DNA of 63,899 bases, filler included. It is 4 parts of 4 records of this genome, joined end to end, with 100 filler letters (N's around TTAATTAATTAA, not from the genome) between each part and the next. Parts side by side here need not be neighbours in the genome. Positions count along the whole stretch, not along the records: positions 17,468 to 43,587 come from SRR22947727_1895; 3 more parts are not named here. One strand, 5' to 3'. A program made the translations under genes and the position numbers. The notes under the pieces are model-generated. The model had not been told where the DNA came from and did not search any database. It worked only from the letters and a program-made list of their open reading frames with translations. This document shows positions 17,732 to 28,439 of this stretch, one piece after another (position 1 is the first letter of the stretch; every line of letters starts with the position of its first letter).

Positions 17732-18823
17732 TTATAGGTCATGTACTTTATAAGCTAAACCCAAAGTATCTTTTCTACGAAGCTTAAATGTATGGGTATA
17801 TAAAAATTCAGCTACTGTCAATATACCTTTAGGCTTATAGAATTTAGTGCCAAACTGAATTTTTGCTAAGATTTCTTGTGATTCCTTTAAATACTCTTGT
17901 GCTACGACTATTACCAATTGTTCCCCCAGTAAATCATGGGGAATTCCGGAATAAAAGAAAGGAAAGGAAAAATATTTTTCATGGGCTTTTTCCAATGATT
18001 CTGGATGAATCTTAACACCACCTGAATTAATCACAAAATCCAAGCGTCCCAACCATTCAAAATGCGATGCATCTAAAATTCGCACTATATCTGTTGTGTG
18101 AATGGTATCAGAACTAATATATGGGGCTATTACACTTAAGCAGCCACGATCATTCTCCTTAATATGGATATGGGGCAATAATGAAAATATAACTTGATCC
18201 TCTAGCGTTAATTTTGCTATAGCTATGTGACTTAAGGTCTCTGTCATTCCATAACTTAAAAACAATTCTGTGGGCTCCGTTTGAACGGCTAAAACTGCTT
18301 TTCTTTTGAGGCTACCAATTAAAGGCGCACCACCTATTAAAACTTTTCGACAACAGTTTAGAAGCGGAATACTTGCCTCTAATTGACTTGGAACCATCGC
18401 CACAAAATCAAAAGTAGTTTTAAAAAAATCAAGTGGATGATTAGATGGAGGGCTTACCCATAAATCCAAACCCAATGAAAGCGCACGTACAACCATCATT
18501 TTTCCTGCAATAAATTGGGTAGGAAGACATAGAAGTATTTTATGCCCTGGAATTAAATTAAAAAATTGACCAGTAAGTTGCGCATGTGCTTGCATGGTGC
18601 TTTTTGTAAAACTTAAAGGTTTGGGTGTTCCCGTTGAACCAGACGTTTGCACACTAATTTCATTTCCTTCTGCCAACCATTCTAACAAAAAAGTCCCTAG
18701 ATGAACTAAATAAGACTTTTCACTTAGCAAGAGCGATGTTGCATAAATTCCTAGTTCTTTCTCATTAAATGACTTGCCTTGAATGGAAAAATTTGGGTGC
18801 ACGCTAAAAAAAGTAATATCCAT
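17732..18823 (-). CDS. menE: O-succinylbenzoate-CoA ligase
   Basis: TSGSTGTPK, YGMTETLSH, GRLDFVINSGGVKI; men cluster context. Confidence 0.88.
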   Translation of the reverse strand: MDITFFSVHPNFSIQGKSFNEKELGIYATSLLLSEKSYLVHLGTFLLEWLAEGNEISVQTSGSTGTPKPLSFTKSTMQAHAQLTGQFFNLIPGHKILLCLPTQFIAGKMMVVRALSLGLDLWVSPPSNHPLDFFKTTFDFVAMVPSQLEASIPLLNCCRKVLIGGAPLIGSLKRKAVLAVQTEPTELFLSYGMTETLSHIAIAKLTLEDQVIFSLLPHIHIKENDRGCLSVIAPYISSDTIHTTDIVRILDASHFEWLGRLDFVINSGGVKIHPESLEKAHEKYFSFPFFYSGIPHDLLGEQLVIVVAQEYLKESQEILAKIQFGTKFYKPKGILTVAEFLYTHTFKLRRKDTLGLAYKVHDL

Positions 18824-18830
18824 AGACTGA

Positions 18831-19727
18831 TTAGGGCTTTTTAACAGGTCCAAATAATTTATTGATCCAACCATTCCATTGGTATTTCTTAGCAAAAAAC
18901 AATAAAAATAACGGGTAACATACCCCTAAAACAAGGTATAAATCATTTCCAATAGTAGGTGTAGCCACATCTATATATATAGAATCTGTTTGGAATGCAG
19001 TCCAATTAGAAGTCATTAATAGCGCCGCTACAAGGTTATTTGCTGCATGAAATCCAAGGGCTAGCTCTAAACCTTCATCCATTAAGGTAACAATCCCTAG
19101 AAAAAAACCTGTACCCACATAATAGGCTAAAATACCATAACCCAAGGTTTCCACCTCCGGGTTACCAATATGCATGAGTCCAAAAGTAAGCGAAGTGAAA
19201 ATGAATGGCAACGCTCTAGATTTAAAAAAAGCCCCTAGACCTTGCATCATATAACCCCTAAAAAGATATTCTTCAAAACTAGTTTGTAGTGGAATGAGTA
19301 AAATAGCTACCGCAGCTAACTTTAAAAATGGCCCTAAATTAAAATTATACACATAATCTTCAGGGCTAAAATACACCCCAACTAGTGTAGTGGCAACCAC
19401 AACAAATCCCCAAATAGAAAATGAGGTAAATACCCTAGACCAATCTATTGAACTCCTAGAGGTTGTAAGACTCGTTATAGACTGTCTATGCACCCATTTC
19501 ACCCATCCTAAAAGCATGAGTAAACCAAGGGCAAATTGAAGTAAATTTTCCATTAAAAAGGGCGTAGATCCCTTCTCTGCAACTGCGGCTTGCATTAATG
19601 CGGTCACATCTATATTCATAGAAGTAATCACAGCATAACTCAGTCCCATCATGGCAAAAAATGAGAGTGGAATTGGAAGGTATTTCCAAAAACCCAATTG
19701 TCCCTTAAAAGCTTGTGCTATATACAT
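18831..19727 (-). CDS. CPBP (Abi/CAAX) intramembrane metalloprotease
   Basis: FEEYLFRGY, FGLMH, HAANN motifs; multi-TM. Confidence 0.9.
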   Translation of the reverse strand: MYIAQAFKGQLGFWKYLPIPLSFFAMMGLSYAVITSMNIDVTALMQAAVAEKGSTPFLMENLLQFALGLLMLLGWVKWVHRQSITSLTTSRSSIDWSRVFTSFSIWGFVVVATTLVGVYFSPEDYVYNFNLGPFLKLAAVAILLIPLQTSFEEYLFRGYMMQGLGAFFKSRALPFIFTSLTFGLMHIGNPEVETLGYGILAYYVGTGFFLGIVTLMDEGLELALGFHAANNLVAALLMTSNWTAFQTDSIYIDVATPTIGNDLYLVLGVCYPLFLLFFAKKYQWNGWINKLFGPVKKP

Positions 19728-20776
19728 AAATCATCTATTATTTTAGTGTCCCAAATCACCTTTGAGTCATAGGCTAAAGTACCCTTTTGGACCCTCAAAG
19801 GAGCGGGAATATTGTTGGTGTATAAACTCCCAGTGCCAAGACCTTGTGGCAATATAGTGTTTTTTAAAAACACCCATTGTGCAATAGCATTTAAGCCTAT
19901 ATTACTCTCTAAAGCAGAGGTAGCCCACCACCCTATTCCTTTGGAATCTGCTAGTTGAATCCATTGGTCACTCCCTTTAAATCCCCCAATAAAACTTGGT
20001 TTCAATATGACATATTGAGGCTTTACTGTATCTAAAAGACTTTCTTTTTGTGCAAGAGTAAAGCAACCAATAAGGGATTCATCTAGTGCTACTGGAATAG
20101 GAGCGTCTGCACACAAAGTAGCCAAATCATTGACCGATTGGACTGGAAGTGGTTGCTCTATAGAATGTACACCTAATTCCTGAAGAGACTCCATTACTTT
20201 ATAGGCCGTTTTAAGATCAAAAGCCCCATTGGCGTCTACGCGAAGCTCAATGACTTCCTCTGGGTATTGTTGTCTTATAGACCTGAGTAAGGCCAATTCA
20301 TGATCCACATCTATGGCCCCTATTTTCATTTTTACACAACTAAAACCATTATTCAAAATAGCCCCAATCTGTTGAGACATAAACTCTTGGTCTCCCATCC
20401 AAATAAGTCCGTTAATAGGAATAGGTGCTTGTTCCGATATAAAGGTGGAAGGGAATAAGACAAAAGGATGGCTTGAATCCAGGGATAAAAATGCCTGCTC
20501 TAGTCCAAATTGAATGCTAGGGAACGACAAAAGAGCCGTCCAAAGTGATTCCAAACCTAAATGAATGTGGTTACAAGCCCAGGAAAGTTTGGCTTCATAA
20601 TCTGGAACGTCGTCATAGCTCAAACCTTTTAAAAGCCCACATTCACCGTAGCCAACCCGATTATTAACTGTGATTTTTATAAAATAGGATGATTTGGTCT
20701 TTAAAACCCCTCTAGATGTTCCACTAGCTTGTTTAAAAATTAAGTCATGTTTACAATAAGTAGCAATCATTTTCAT
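19718..20776 (-). CDS. menC: o-succinylbenzoate synthase
   Basis: KMKIG, RVDANG, IEQP, ALDESL, ILKP, SALES enolase-superfamily motifs. Confidence 0.92.
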   Translation of the reverse strand: MKMIATYCKHDLIFKQASGTSRGVLKTKSSYFIKITVNNRVGYGECGLLKGLSYDDVPDYEAKLSWACNHIHLGLESLWTALLSFPSIQFGLEQAFLSLDSSHPFVLFPSTFISEQAPIPINGLIWMGDQEFMSQQIGAILNNGFSCVKMKIGAIDVDHELALLRSIRQQYPEEVIELRVDANGAFDLKTAYKVMESLQELGVHSIEQPLPVQSVNDLATLCADAPIPVALDESLIGCFTLAQKESLLDTVKPQYVILKPSFIGGFKGSDQWIQLADSKGIGWWATSALESNIGLNAIAQWVFLKNTILPQGLGTGSLYTNNIPAPLRVQKGTLAYDSKVIWDTKIIDDLCI

Positions 20777-20814
20777 AGTCTTAAAAATAATCAAAATCCA
20801 CGTAAAATATGGGC

Positions 20815-21570
20815 TTAACTATTCATTGTCTTCATTAAAAAATCTTTAAAATCTTTAGTGATGGGAATTCTCTTTTGGCCAATAAGGACATCTTTGGCAT
20901 TGATAGAACTAATATGTTCAATATTTACAATATAAGATTTGTGTGCCTTGTAAAAATACTTGGGGGGTAATTTTGTGTGATAGTCTTTTAGAGAAGAACG
21001 AACCACGAAAGTTTTATCTATGGTATAAACCTCTAAGTACACATTATCTGACTTGATGTAAAGGATTTCAGAAAAGGAAATTCTATGGTAAATATGCTGC
21101 TTTTTTATAAAAATACTGTCCGTAAGGATGGTTGCTGGAACAAGATCTAAGTTTGCTGCATTAGAATCTTCCAATACGGAAGACTGTTCTCTAAAATTAA
21201 ACAATGCTATTTCTATAGCTGTAAAAAGATCTTCTTTTTCAAAGGGTTTTACTAGGTATCCGTTTGGAGTTACTTCCTTAGCTTTTGCAACAGTAGCCCT
21301 ATCTGAATTAGCCGTAATAAAAATGAATGGAATATTCCTATTTTTCCTAATATACCCCCCTAATTCTATGCCTGTTTCAGTACCGGATAAAAAGATGTCT
21401 ATCAATAATAGATGTATCTTTTTTTGACTTAAGATTTGCACAGCAGCATTGTAATCAGTGACAGATTCTACCTTATTATACCCTAATTTAGAAAGTAATC
21501 TAAGTACGCTGTCAACAACAACTAAATTGTCTTCTACTAGTAAAATTCTAAGATCATTGGACAAGAGCAT
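20815..21570 (-). CDS. LytTR-family response regulator
   Basis: Receiver (VEDN, IDI, ITA, KP) plus LytTR (ILYIKSD, HKSYIVN). Confidence 0.92.
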   Translation of the reverse strand: MLLSNDLRILLVEDNLVVVDSVLRLLSKLGYNKVESVTDYNAAVQILSQKKIHLLLIDIFLSGTETGIELGGYIRKNRNIPFIFITANSDRATVAKAKEVTPNGYLVKPFEKEDLFTAIEIALFNFREQSSVLEDSNAANLDLVPATILTDSIFIKKQHIYHRISFSEILYIKSDNVYLEVYTIDKTFVVRSSLKDYHTKLPPKYFYKAHKSYIVNIEHISSINAKDVLIGQKRIPITKDFKDFLMKTMNS

Positions 21571-21591
21571 AGCATCAGTTACGCTTCTAAA

Positions 21592-22512
21592 TTACAACAA
21601 ATAATTAGAACCTATTAGAAAACATATGGACCACAAAAAAGTAAGCAAGGCTACTTTTTTAAGCTCTGGGTCTAATAATGAAGGTAAAGTAGTTTTAGAA
21701 ACTTTAATCAGATGAAAAAGCAATGGTATAAAAACCAGTAGTGGCAATAGATTTAAACTACTTTCAAAAGAAAAATAGGCCGTTCCAAGACTGGCTAAAA
21801 AAGCCAAAAAAAAGAGCAACATATGGTATCTTTTCCCCCATTTATACCCAAGTTTAACCACCAAGGTATTCTTATCACTCAGGCGGTCGTTTTCATGATC
21901 CCTCAAATTATTGAGATTAAGAACAGAAACACTTAAAGAACCTATGACCAGAGCAGGGAATATATCTGATAAGGAAATATGAAGGGTGTATAAAAATTTA
22001 CTTCCTAAAACAGAGAGTAATCCGAAAAATAAAAAAACAAATAAGTCTCCTAAACCTTTATAGCCGTATGCACTAGCCCCAACCGTATACCTAATTGCAG
22101 ACCAAATACTAGCTATTCCCAAAACAAAAAACAACAAAAAATAAGGCCAGTTAGAAATACCGAATGAGACTGTTAGTAATAATAAAACTGAAAATACAGC
22201 CACTACTGATAAGAAAACTATGCCTCGTTTTAATTGAGATGCCGCTAAAAGTCCTGATTGTAAAACCCTTTTTGGGCCAATCCTTTGGTCATTATCTGTT
22301 CCTTTTAAACCATCACCGTAGTCATTAGCGAAGTTAGAAATCACTTGAAATAAAAGGGTGCACCAGAGGGAAAGAACGCCTATGTAAATATTGAATACCC
22401 CTTCGCTTAGGGCTAAAGCGGCACCTGCTATGATTCCAGAAAAGGATAAGGGGAGCGTTCTCAGTCTAGCTGCTTGCAACCATATTTTTAATGAATTAGC
22501 TTCAAAAGACAT
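21592..22512 (-). CDS. menA: 1,4-dihydroxy-2-naphthoate polyprenyltransferase
   Basis: AARLRTLPLS, NFANDYGDG.KGTD, LNNLRD..ND..K.TL. Confidence 0.95.
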   Translation of the reverse strand: MSFEANSLKIWLQAARLRTLPLSFSGIIAGAALALSEGVFNIYIGVLSLWCTLLFQVISNFANDYGDGLKGTDNDQRIGPKRVLQSGLLAASQLKRGIVFLSVVAVFSVLLLLTVSFGISNWPYFLLFFVLGIASIWSAIRYTVGASAYGYKGLGDLFVFLFFGLLSVLGSKFLYTLHISLSDIFPALVIGSLSVSVLNLNNLRDHENDRLSDKNTLVVKLGYKWGKRYHMLLFFLAFLASLGTAYFSFESSLNLLPLLVFIPLLFHLIKVSKTTLPSLLDPELKKVALLTFLWSICFLIGSNYLL

Positions 22513-22529
22513 GCGTAATATTTAAGGCT

Positions 22530-23366
22530 TTAAGCTTCTAGAAGGTATATTCCTTCTGAGGTTATTTTAATGGTTCTGTTTTTATAAAGGGTCCCTATGG
22601 CTTTCTTAAAGACTTTTTTACTCATTTCTAAATAGGCTTTTATCTCTTCAGGAGCAGATTTATCGTGAAGGGGTAAAAATCCTTTGTGAGCAGACAACAA
22701 ATCCAATACTTGTTTTGCAGCCGGTTCTAATACTGCTACACCAAGGGGTTGTAAACTAATGTCTAGTTTAAAATCTTCTCTCTGTAACTTAACATAGGCA
22801 GTCATAGTGTCTCCAACTGAGATGGGTTTAAAGACTTCATTTTGGTATACCATGCCTTTGTGCTGATTTTCCACAATAACATCCCAGCCTATATCTGATT
22901 GCCTTGTAACCAATACAGAAACTGCGTCTCCTTGCTCATATTTGGCCGTACTATTATCTAGAAACTTATCTAATTTATTGGATCCTACTAATCTGAAAGT
23001 AACTGGATCTAAATAACAATAAACCACATAAGATTGACCCGCTACCATTTTTGACCTTTGCTCCTTGAAAGGCACCAATAAGTGCTTCTCCAAACCCCAT
23101 TGAAGAAATGCTCCAATAGCATTTACCTCCTCTACCCTCAAAAGCGCAAAGGAATTTCTTTCAATGTATGGAACCAGGTTTGTAGCTACAGGTCTTTCAT
23201 CGTAATCTAAATAACAAAAAACAGACAATTTATCCCCTATTTCCCAATCCTGAGGAACATACTTATTGGGTAGTAAAATATCTGTGCCTTCATCATCTCC
23301 AAGAAACAAACCTACAGAAGTATCTCTTAGAATTTCTAATTCGTTGAATTTACCGAGTACAATCAT
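22530..23366 (-). CDS. S1-domain RNA-binding protein (CvfB family)
   Basis: Multiple S1 repeats; C-terminal winged helix DKSAPEEI...MSKKVFKKAIGTLYK. Confidence 0.9.
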   Translation of the reverse strand: MIVLGKFNELEILRDTSVGLFLGDDEGTDILLPNKYVPQDWEIGDKLSVFCYLDYDERPVATNLVPYIERNSFALLRVEEVNAIGAFLQWGLEKHLLVPFKEQRSKMVAGQSYVVYCYLDPVTFRLVGSNKLDKFLDNSTAKYEQGDAVSVLVTRQSDIGWDVIVENQHKGMVYQNEVFKPISVGDTMTAYVKLQREDFKLDISLQPLGVAVLEPAAKQVLDLLSAHKGFLPLHDKSAPEEIKAYLEMSKKVFKKAIGTLYKNRTIKITSEGIYLLEA

Positions 23367-23446
23367 AATGATATAAAACGCAAAAATACAGTTTAAAAAG
23401 CGGAAAGAAGTTTTTAGCGCACTTTTATTTTAGGACCTTATTAAGA

Positions 23447-25237
23447 TTAATAATACGCTTTAAGGGTCTTAAAAAAGTTCATTAACACCCCTTCATTCTC
23501 TGTTCTAGGTGTTTTGATTTCCAATAGACTAGGCCCATTATTTCGCTGAAAAAATGCAGACAATTCACTAGAGAGACTTTCTTTGTTATGAGCGCTGTAA
23601 TATTCCAATCCGTGCAAAGTACAAAGTGACTTTGCACTTAGGTCGTGAACAGTCTCAAAATAAGTCCTAAAATGCTCACTATCCGTCTTTCCTGGCAATA
23701 CCCTAAAGATACCTCCCCCTTGATTATTAATCAAAATAATCTTAAAGTCTTTAGGGATGTATTTATTCCACAAACCATTGCTGTCATAGAAGAAACCCAA
23801 ATCACCTGTTATCAAAGTAGTTTGCACTTGGGAAGTTACACCGGAACCTATAGCTGTAGCAGTGCTCCCATCAATTCCAGAAGTCCCTCTATTGCAATAA
23901 ACGGCTACAGAAGGTTTCACAGAAAACAATTGTGCATATCTAATGGTCGCACTATTGGCTAAATGCAATACCGACTTATTAGGTATGGCTTTGAGCAAAT
24001 GATAGAACGCATAAAAATCGGAAAAAGGACAAGAGGCGGTATAGGTCTCAATATGCCCCTTATAAATATTTTTGTAGTGAAGTGCACGTTTTTTTGGCGT
24101 GTCAATGGTCGGTATTTCGAGAGAAATAGGCTTTTGAAGGGCTGGACCAAAAAAGGCATCGGCCGTAGGCCTAAAACAAGTGAAATGGGTAAAAAATGGA
24201 TTCACAACAATCTCATTTTGTATCTGCCAATGCAATTTTGGGGTGTATTGATTCAAGAAATTCTTTATTTTTTTGGAAACTACTGCCCCTCCTATAGTCA
24301 CCAAAAGATCTGGTGATAAGGCGGCCCCAATAGCTTGCGCGTCCAAGTGTGTTTCCATGGGAGCAATAATATTATCAATACTGTCAATAAATTCTGGATG
24401 GTGCACATTAGAGGTAGTCTCCGTAAAAACCAATACCCTAGGATCTTTAGAGAGCCATTGCACCAATTCATTGGACAAATAATCCAGTGCATTTGGGTAC
24501 AACACACCTACAATAACCATAATTCGTTTTACTCCCTCCCATTCCGCCTTTAATTTGGGGTCTGAGAGGGTTTTATTAACGGTTTTACTGTCTGTAATAG
24601 CCGCATTTTCCACAGTAGATTTAGGCACTAAAGCACCTTCTAATAAAGGCGCTTCTTGGTATAAGGGCTCTTCAAAAGGGGTGTTTAAATGAATGGGTTT
24701 ATTTGTGGCTTTTAATTGATTAAACGCTGTGGCTAATAAAGCATGGTTTTTTTTGCTTACCGCTTCTTGAGACCACTGCAAAGCCTTGGGCATAAAGCGA
24801 TTATAGCGTTCTGAAGCATGAGAGGCATCCTGAATTAATGGGGCAGAAAACACCACGTGCCTGCCATAAACACCTTCTTGTCTAATGGTTTGTCCATACC
24901 CCTTATCTATGAGATATGAGGGCCTATCAGCAGAAATTACGACCAGTGGAATCCCTGAATAATAGGCCTCAGAAACAGCGGGGTAATAATTTAATAAAGC
25001 ACTCCCTGAGGTGCACACAAGCAGGGTAGGTTCCTGAGCTCTCTGTGCCATTCCCAAGGCAAAAAATCCAGCAGCACGCTCATCTACAATACTAAAACAG
25101 TTAAAAAAGGGATCGGCTAAAAAACTGATGGTCAAAGGTGCATTTCTAGATCCAGGAGAAATAACAACTCTAGAAATGCCCTGTGCTTTACAATGTAAAA
25201 CAAGGCTTTGGGCTAAAGGAATACTAGAGTATTGCAT
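23447..25237 (-). CDS. menD: SEPHCHC synthase
   Basis: SPGSRNAPL, DERAAGFFALG, CTSGSA, NRGTSGIDGS, GDLGFFYDSN, NNQGGGIF. Confidence 0.96.
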   Translation of the reverse strand: MQYSSIPLAQSLVLHCKAQGISRVVISPGSRNAPLTISFLADPFFNCFSIVDERAAGFFALGMAQRAQEPTLLVCTSGSALLNYYPAVSEAYYSGIPLVVISADRPSYLIDKGYGQTIRQEGVYGRHVVFSAPLIQDASHASERYNRFMPKALQWSQEAVSKKNHALLATAFNQLKATNKPIHLNTPFEEPLYQEAPLLEGALVPKSTVENAAITDSKTVNKTLSDPKLKAEWEGVKRIMVIVGVLYPNALDYLSNELVQWLSKDPRVLVFTETTSNVHHPEFIDSIDNIIAPMETHLDAQAIGAALSPDLLVTIGGAVVSKKIKNFLNQYTPKLHWQIQNEIVVNPFFTHFTCFRPTADAFFGPALQKPISLEIPTIDTPKKRALHYKNIYKGHIETYTASCPFSDFYAFYHLLKAIPNKSVLHLANSATIRYAQLFSVKPSVAVYCNRGTSGIDGSTATAIGSGVTSQVQTTLITGDLGFFYDSNGLWNKYIPKDFKIILINNQGGGIFRVLPGKTDSEHFRTYFETVHDLSAKSLCTLHGLEYYSAHNKESLSSELSAFFQRNNGPSLLEIKTPRTENEGVLMNFFKTLKAYY

Positions 25238-25287
25238 AGGAACAAAAGTAAGCGCTAATCATTAGATTTAAAAAAATAGAGGTGGTA

Positions 25288-26424
25288 TTAAATGACTTTT
25301 TTTATGGTTTGGGCTTTTAAAATGGTTTCCTCCCATTCTTTCTCTGGTTGGGAGCCTGAAGTAATGCCTGAACCTACATATACAATAGCAGTACCTGATT
25401 GATATTCCATACACCTTAAATTGACATATAAATCTGCTTCAATAGAATGTAAACCTTCAAAACCTATTGAAGCTTGGGCCAAATGGGCATGTACAAGCCC
25501 CAAGTAGCCCGCATAAAATTTGCGGTCTAAAGCTTCATTTTGCTGAATAAAATCTTGAGCTTGATCTCTAGGAAGGCCACAAATAGCTGGTGAAGGGTGT
25601 AAAGTTTCTATTAATTCTACCAGTGTTTTGTGGCCAATTTGAGCCACACTAATATCTGTTTTTAAATGAGATACTTGAGCGGCATTTACCTGGTAAGTAT
25701 TATTTTTATTCACCTTAAGACCTGCAGCAGCGAGTCTATTCTCAATATCTTGGACAACCATTACCTGCTCCTCTTGCTCTTTTAAAGTCCAATTTTCAGA
25801 GAATAAGGAAGTACTCGTGTCATCTCTTTTAATGGTTCCTGCTAAAGCAGCTGTTTGTAAGGTTTTGTTTTCTATTCGTAACAAACGCTCTGGAGTGGCC
25901 CCTATCCAAGTACCCAAAGCTGGGTGATGCCATAAATAACAAAAAGCACTGTCATAGCAAGCCAATAAATTCTCAAATATGGCTAAAGGGGTTTTGGCTG
26001 TTTCAAAAGAAGTGGCACGGGCTAATACCACTTTTTTAAACTGATTGCGCCCAATCTCATCCAATGCGCTTTGCACCAAATTCATATGGGACACTTTTAA
26101 AGCGTTGGAATGGTCAAGCACATTAGAACTCCCTCTTTTATCCGTCTCTAAAGGTGCTTTTTCTGGATTTATAGAAGAAATTATTGGGTCAAAAGTGGCG
26201 TTCATATAGCCCTCAGGCTTTAATAAATGCGGTGTTTTTTCATGAGAATATGTAGCCATAACAAAGCCAAACCTGGCTTCAGGCGTTACATAATGTAGTG
26301 CATCCGTGTTTTGCCAGAGCAAGTGGACCTTATTTTCATCTGGGGACTTAAAAGCTACAAAAGGCAATCCTTTATTAAAAAAACCCGTTATATTTTCTAA
26401 AAGATCCTCTATTGCGTAGGTCAT
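25288..26424 (-). CDS. menF: Isochorismate synthase
   Basis: KKVVLAR, GATPERL, ALAGT, LHPSPAICG, YVNLRC, YVGSGIT. Confidence 0.9.
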   Translation of the reverse strand: MTYAIEDLLENITGFFNKGLPFVAFKSPDENKVHLLWQNTDALHYVTPEARFGFVMATYSHEKTPHLLKPEGYMNATFDPIISSINPEKAPLETDKRGSSNVLDHSNALKVSHMNLVQSALDEIGRNQFKKVVLARATSFETAKTPLAIFENLLACYDSAFCYLWHHPALGTWIGATPERLLRIENKTLQTAALAGTIKRDDTSTSLFSENWTLKEQEEQVMVVQDIENRLAAAGLKVNKNNTYQVNAAQVSHLKTDISVAQIGHKTLVELIETLHPSPAICGLPRDQAQDFIQQNEALDRKFYAGYLGLVHAHLAQASIGFEGLHSIEADLYVNLRCMEYQSGTAIVYVGSGITSGSQPEKEWEETILKAQTIKKVI

Positions 26425-26429
26425 ACTAT

Positions 26430-26846
26430 CTAGTTTCGAGGCAGGGCAATAGTGGTTAGCTTGTTCACAGATATTAATTGGCCTGCGGCATCTGTAATTT
26501 TAATATCCCATAATTGCGTTGTTCTGCCTTTATGAAGCACTGTGGCCTTTGCATATACAAAACCAGAAGCAATGCTTTTAACGTGGTTTGCAGCAATTTC
26601 TATGCCCCTAACTTTATAGTTTTTAGCATCTAAAAATAAAAATGATGCCGCACTGCCTACACTCTCTGCTAATGCAACCATAGCCCCACCATGAAGCACC
26701 CCGTCTGGTTGGTGCACTTTTGGTCCCACTGGCATTTTAGCAGTTAAAAAATCTTCTCCAACGTCTACATAAGAAATCTCTAAGGTTTCCATTAAAGTAT
26801 TGGGGCACCTGTCATTACAAGCTTTAAGAATGGCTTCTTTGTCCAT
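26430..26846 (-). CDS. menI: PaaI/hotdog thioesterase (DHNA-CoA hydrolase, MenI-like)
   Basis: HQPDGVLHGGA..ALAESVGS; first gene of men cluster. Confidence 0.8.
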   Translation of the reverse strand: MDKEAILKACNDRCPNTLMETLEISYVDVGEDFLTAKMPVGPKVHQPDGVLHGGAMVALAESVGSAASFLFLDAKNYKVRGIEIAANHVKSIASGFVYAKATVLHKGRTTQLWDIKITDAAGQLISVNKLTTIALPRN

Positions 26847-26923
26847 GTTTTTTTTAGTAAAATTAAACAATAATAAAGGACTGACACAATTGTATATCTT
26901 TGATTTAAATAATATTTAAGTCC

Positions 26924-27467
26924 ATGTTACTTTTAGAAAACAATTGGGTTCGATTAGATCCATTAAGTACTTCGCATACTGACGCCCTTTGGGAGGTTGT
27001 TAAACACTTAAACATCTATAAATACGGTCCAAACGACCTGAGTACAAAAGATAAATTAGCCGCTTATATTGCCCAGGCCGTAGAGAATGAAAAGATAGCT
27101 AAAGACATACCGTTTGCTGTGTTTAATAAGTTGTCTCAAAAATATGTTGGTTGTACCCGATTTGGATTAATAGATCCATACAATAAAACACTTCATATAG
27201 GTTGGACATGGTTGGCGACAGAGGTGCACGGAACTGGACTCAATACCGCACTAAAACACCTCATGCTTTCACATGCCTTTGGGCCCATGAAAATGCGAAA
27301 AGTAATTTTCAGGATAGACGCACTCAATATAAGATCCAGAAAAGCAGTGGAGAAACTTGGAGCTACATTAGAAGGTATACTTAAAGAAGACGTATTTGTA
27401 GCCCACAAAAGAATTAGAGATACTTGCTGTTATGCCATATTTTCAAGAGACTATTCTTCAAAATAAA
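26924..27467 (+). CDS. GNAT (RimJ/RimL-like) acetyltransferase; stop codon ends at 27466
   Basis: HIGWTWL....GTGLN..LK.LML..AF, NIRSRKAVEKLGA. Confidence 0.88.
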
Positions 27468-28365
27468 CAATCTTTCTAGTGGTATAAGTATTGTCTGGCG
27501 TGGTAATTTTTTTGATCCAATTTTTAAATGGGCTCCCATCTAGCTGATACAGATTTTTCTTGGTTTGGCGCACTACTCCTCTTTCGAAAATTTGCTCAAT
27601 GGGATGGTTATTACTATCGTACTTTGTCCTTACGGACGATGCCTTTTTTGGGACTAACAAAGCATCTTTTTCTATATAAATTGTGCTGTGAAGTTCAATC
27701 TCTAAACCTTTTTTATTAAACACACGCAGCTCCAAAGCGTTGGGTATTCCGTTGTCGAACTCTTTTGTTTTCAGCTGACTCAAAGTACCACCTGCTTTTA
27801 AAAATATAGAATCTATTTGCTTTAAAGGCACACTATCTAGCCAATACGCGGTAGATTTTTTGGTGCGTAAAGAGTCCCACTGATGGCTAATTAGAGTAAT
27901 AAAACGTCCCTGTGTATTTGTTCTCACCACTCTGGTCAACTGTCCTATACTGTCATAACGATAATTAAATTGCGCTACAAAAGTCCTATCATAACCAATG
28001 ATTTTCTCTTTGATTTTAAGTTGTGGTATGCTGTCATAACTATAAAAATTAGCCATTGAAGTGGTTTTGTCTAACACCCCATTGACATAGTTTTCTACCC
28101 TCCGTTCTACTAGCTTGGCTTTTTCATATTTGTAGTAGGTGGTCTCACTGTCATTTTCCCCAAAAACAGTAGCCGCTTCTACCAGCTGACCAGTTTTGTT
28201 AAACTGATATTGCTCTTGACCGTATTTAGTGAATACAAAACAAGATTTCACAGGACCTTTTAAATCAAAATCTGATCGATCATAAGTGATTATTTCTTGA
28301 GACCATCCCATTAAATGGGTGAAAAGAAACCCTGTAAATAGGGACATTCTAAAATGACATTGCAT
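27451..28365 (-). CDS. Hypothetical exported Bacteroidota protein with YD/RHS-like short beta repeats
   Basis: Signal-like N-terminus, DFDLKGPVKS, repeated YD/YKY units, C-terminal NWIKK...RKIVYF. Confidence 0.75.
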   Translation of the reverse strand: MQCHFRMSLFTGFLFTHLMGWSQEIITYDRSDFDLKGPVKSCFVFTKYGQEQYQFNKTGQLVEAATVFGENDSETTYYKYEKAKLVERRVENYVNGVLDKTTSMANFYSYDSIPQLKIKEKIIGYDRTFVAQFNYRYDSIGQLTRVVRTNTQGRFITLISHQWDSLRTKKSTAYWLDSVPLKQIDSIFLKAGGTLSQLKTKEFDNGIPNALELRVFNKKGLEIELHSTIYIEKDALLVPKKASSVRTKYDSNNHPIEQIFERGVVRQTKKNLYQLDGSPFKNWIKKITTPDNTYTTRKIVYFEE

Positions 28366-28388
28366 GCAGTAAAGGTAGCATATTCAAC

Positions 28389-28419
28389 AAAAAAAAAGCA
28401 GCCTTTGGGCTGCCTTTTT
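28389..28419 (-). terminator. Intrinsic terminator after dnaK
   Basis: GCAGCC-TTTG-GGCTGC stem flanked by A- and T-runs. Confidence 0.75.
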
Positions 28420-28439
28420 ATAGTGTATATTAAAAGTAA

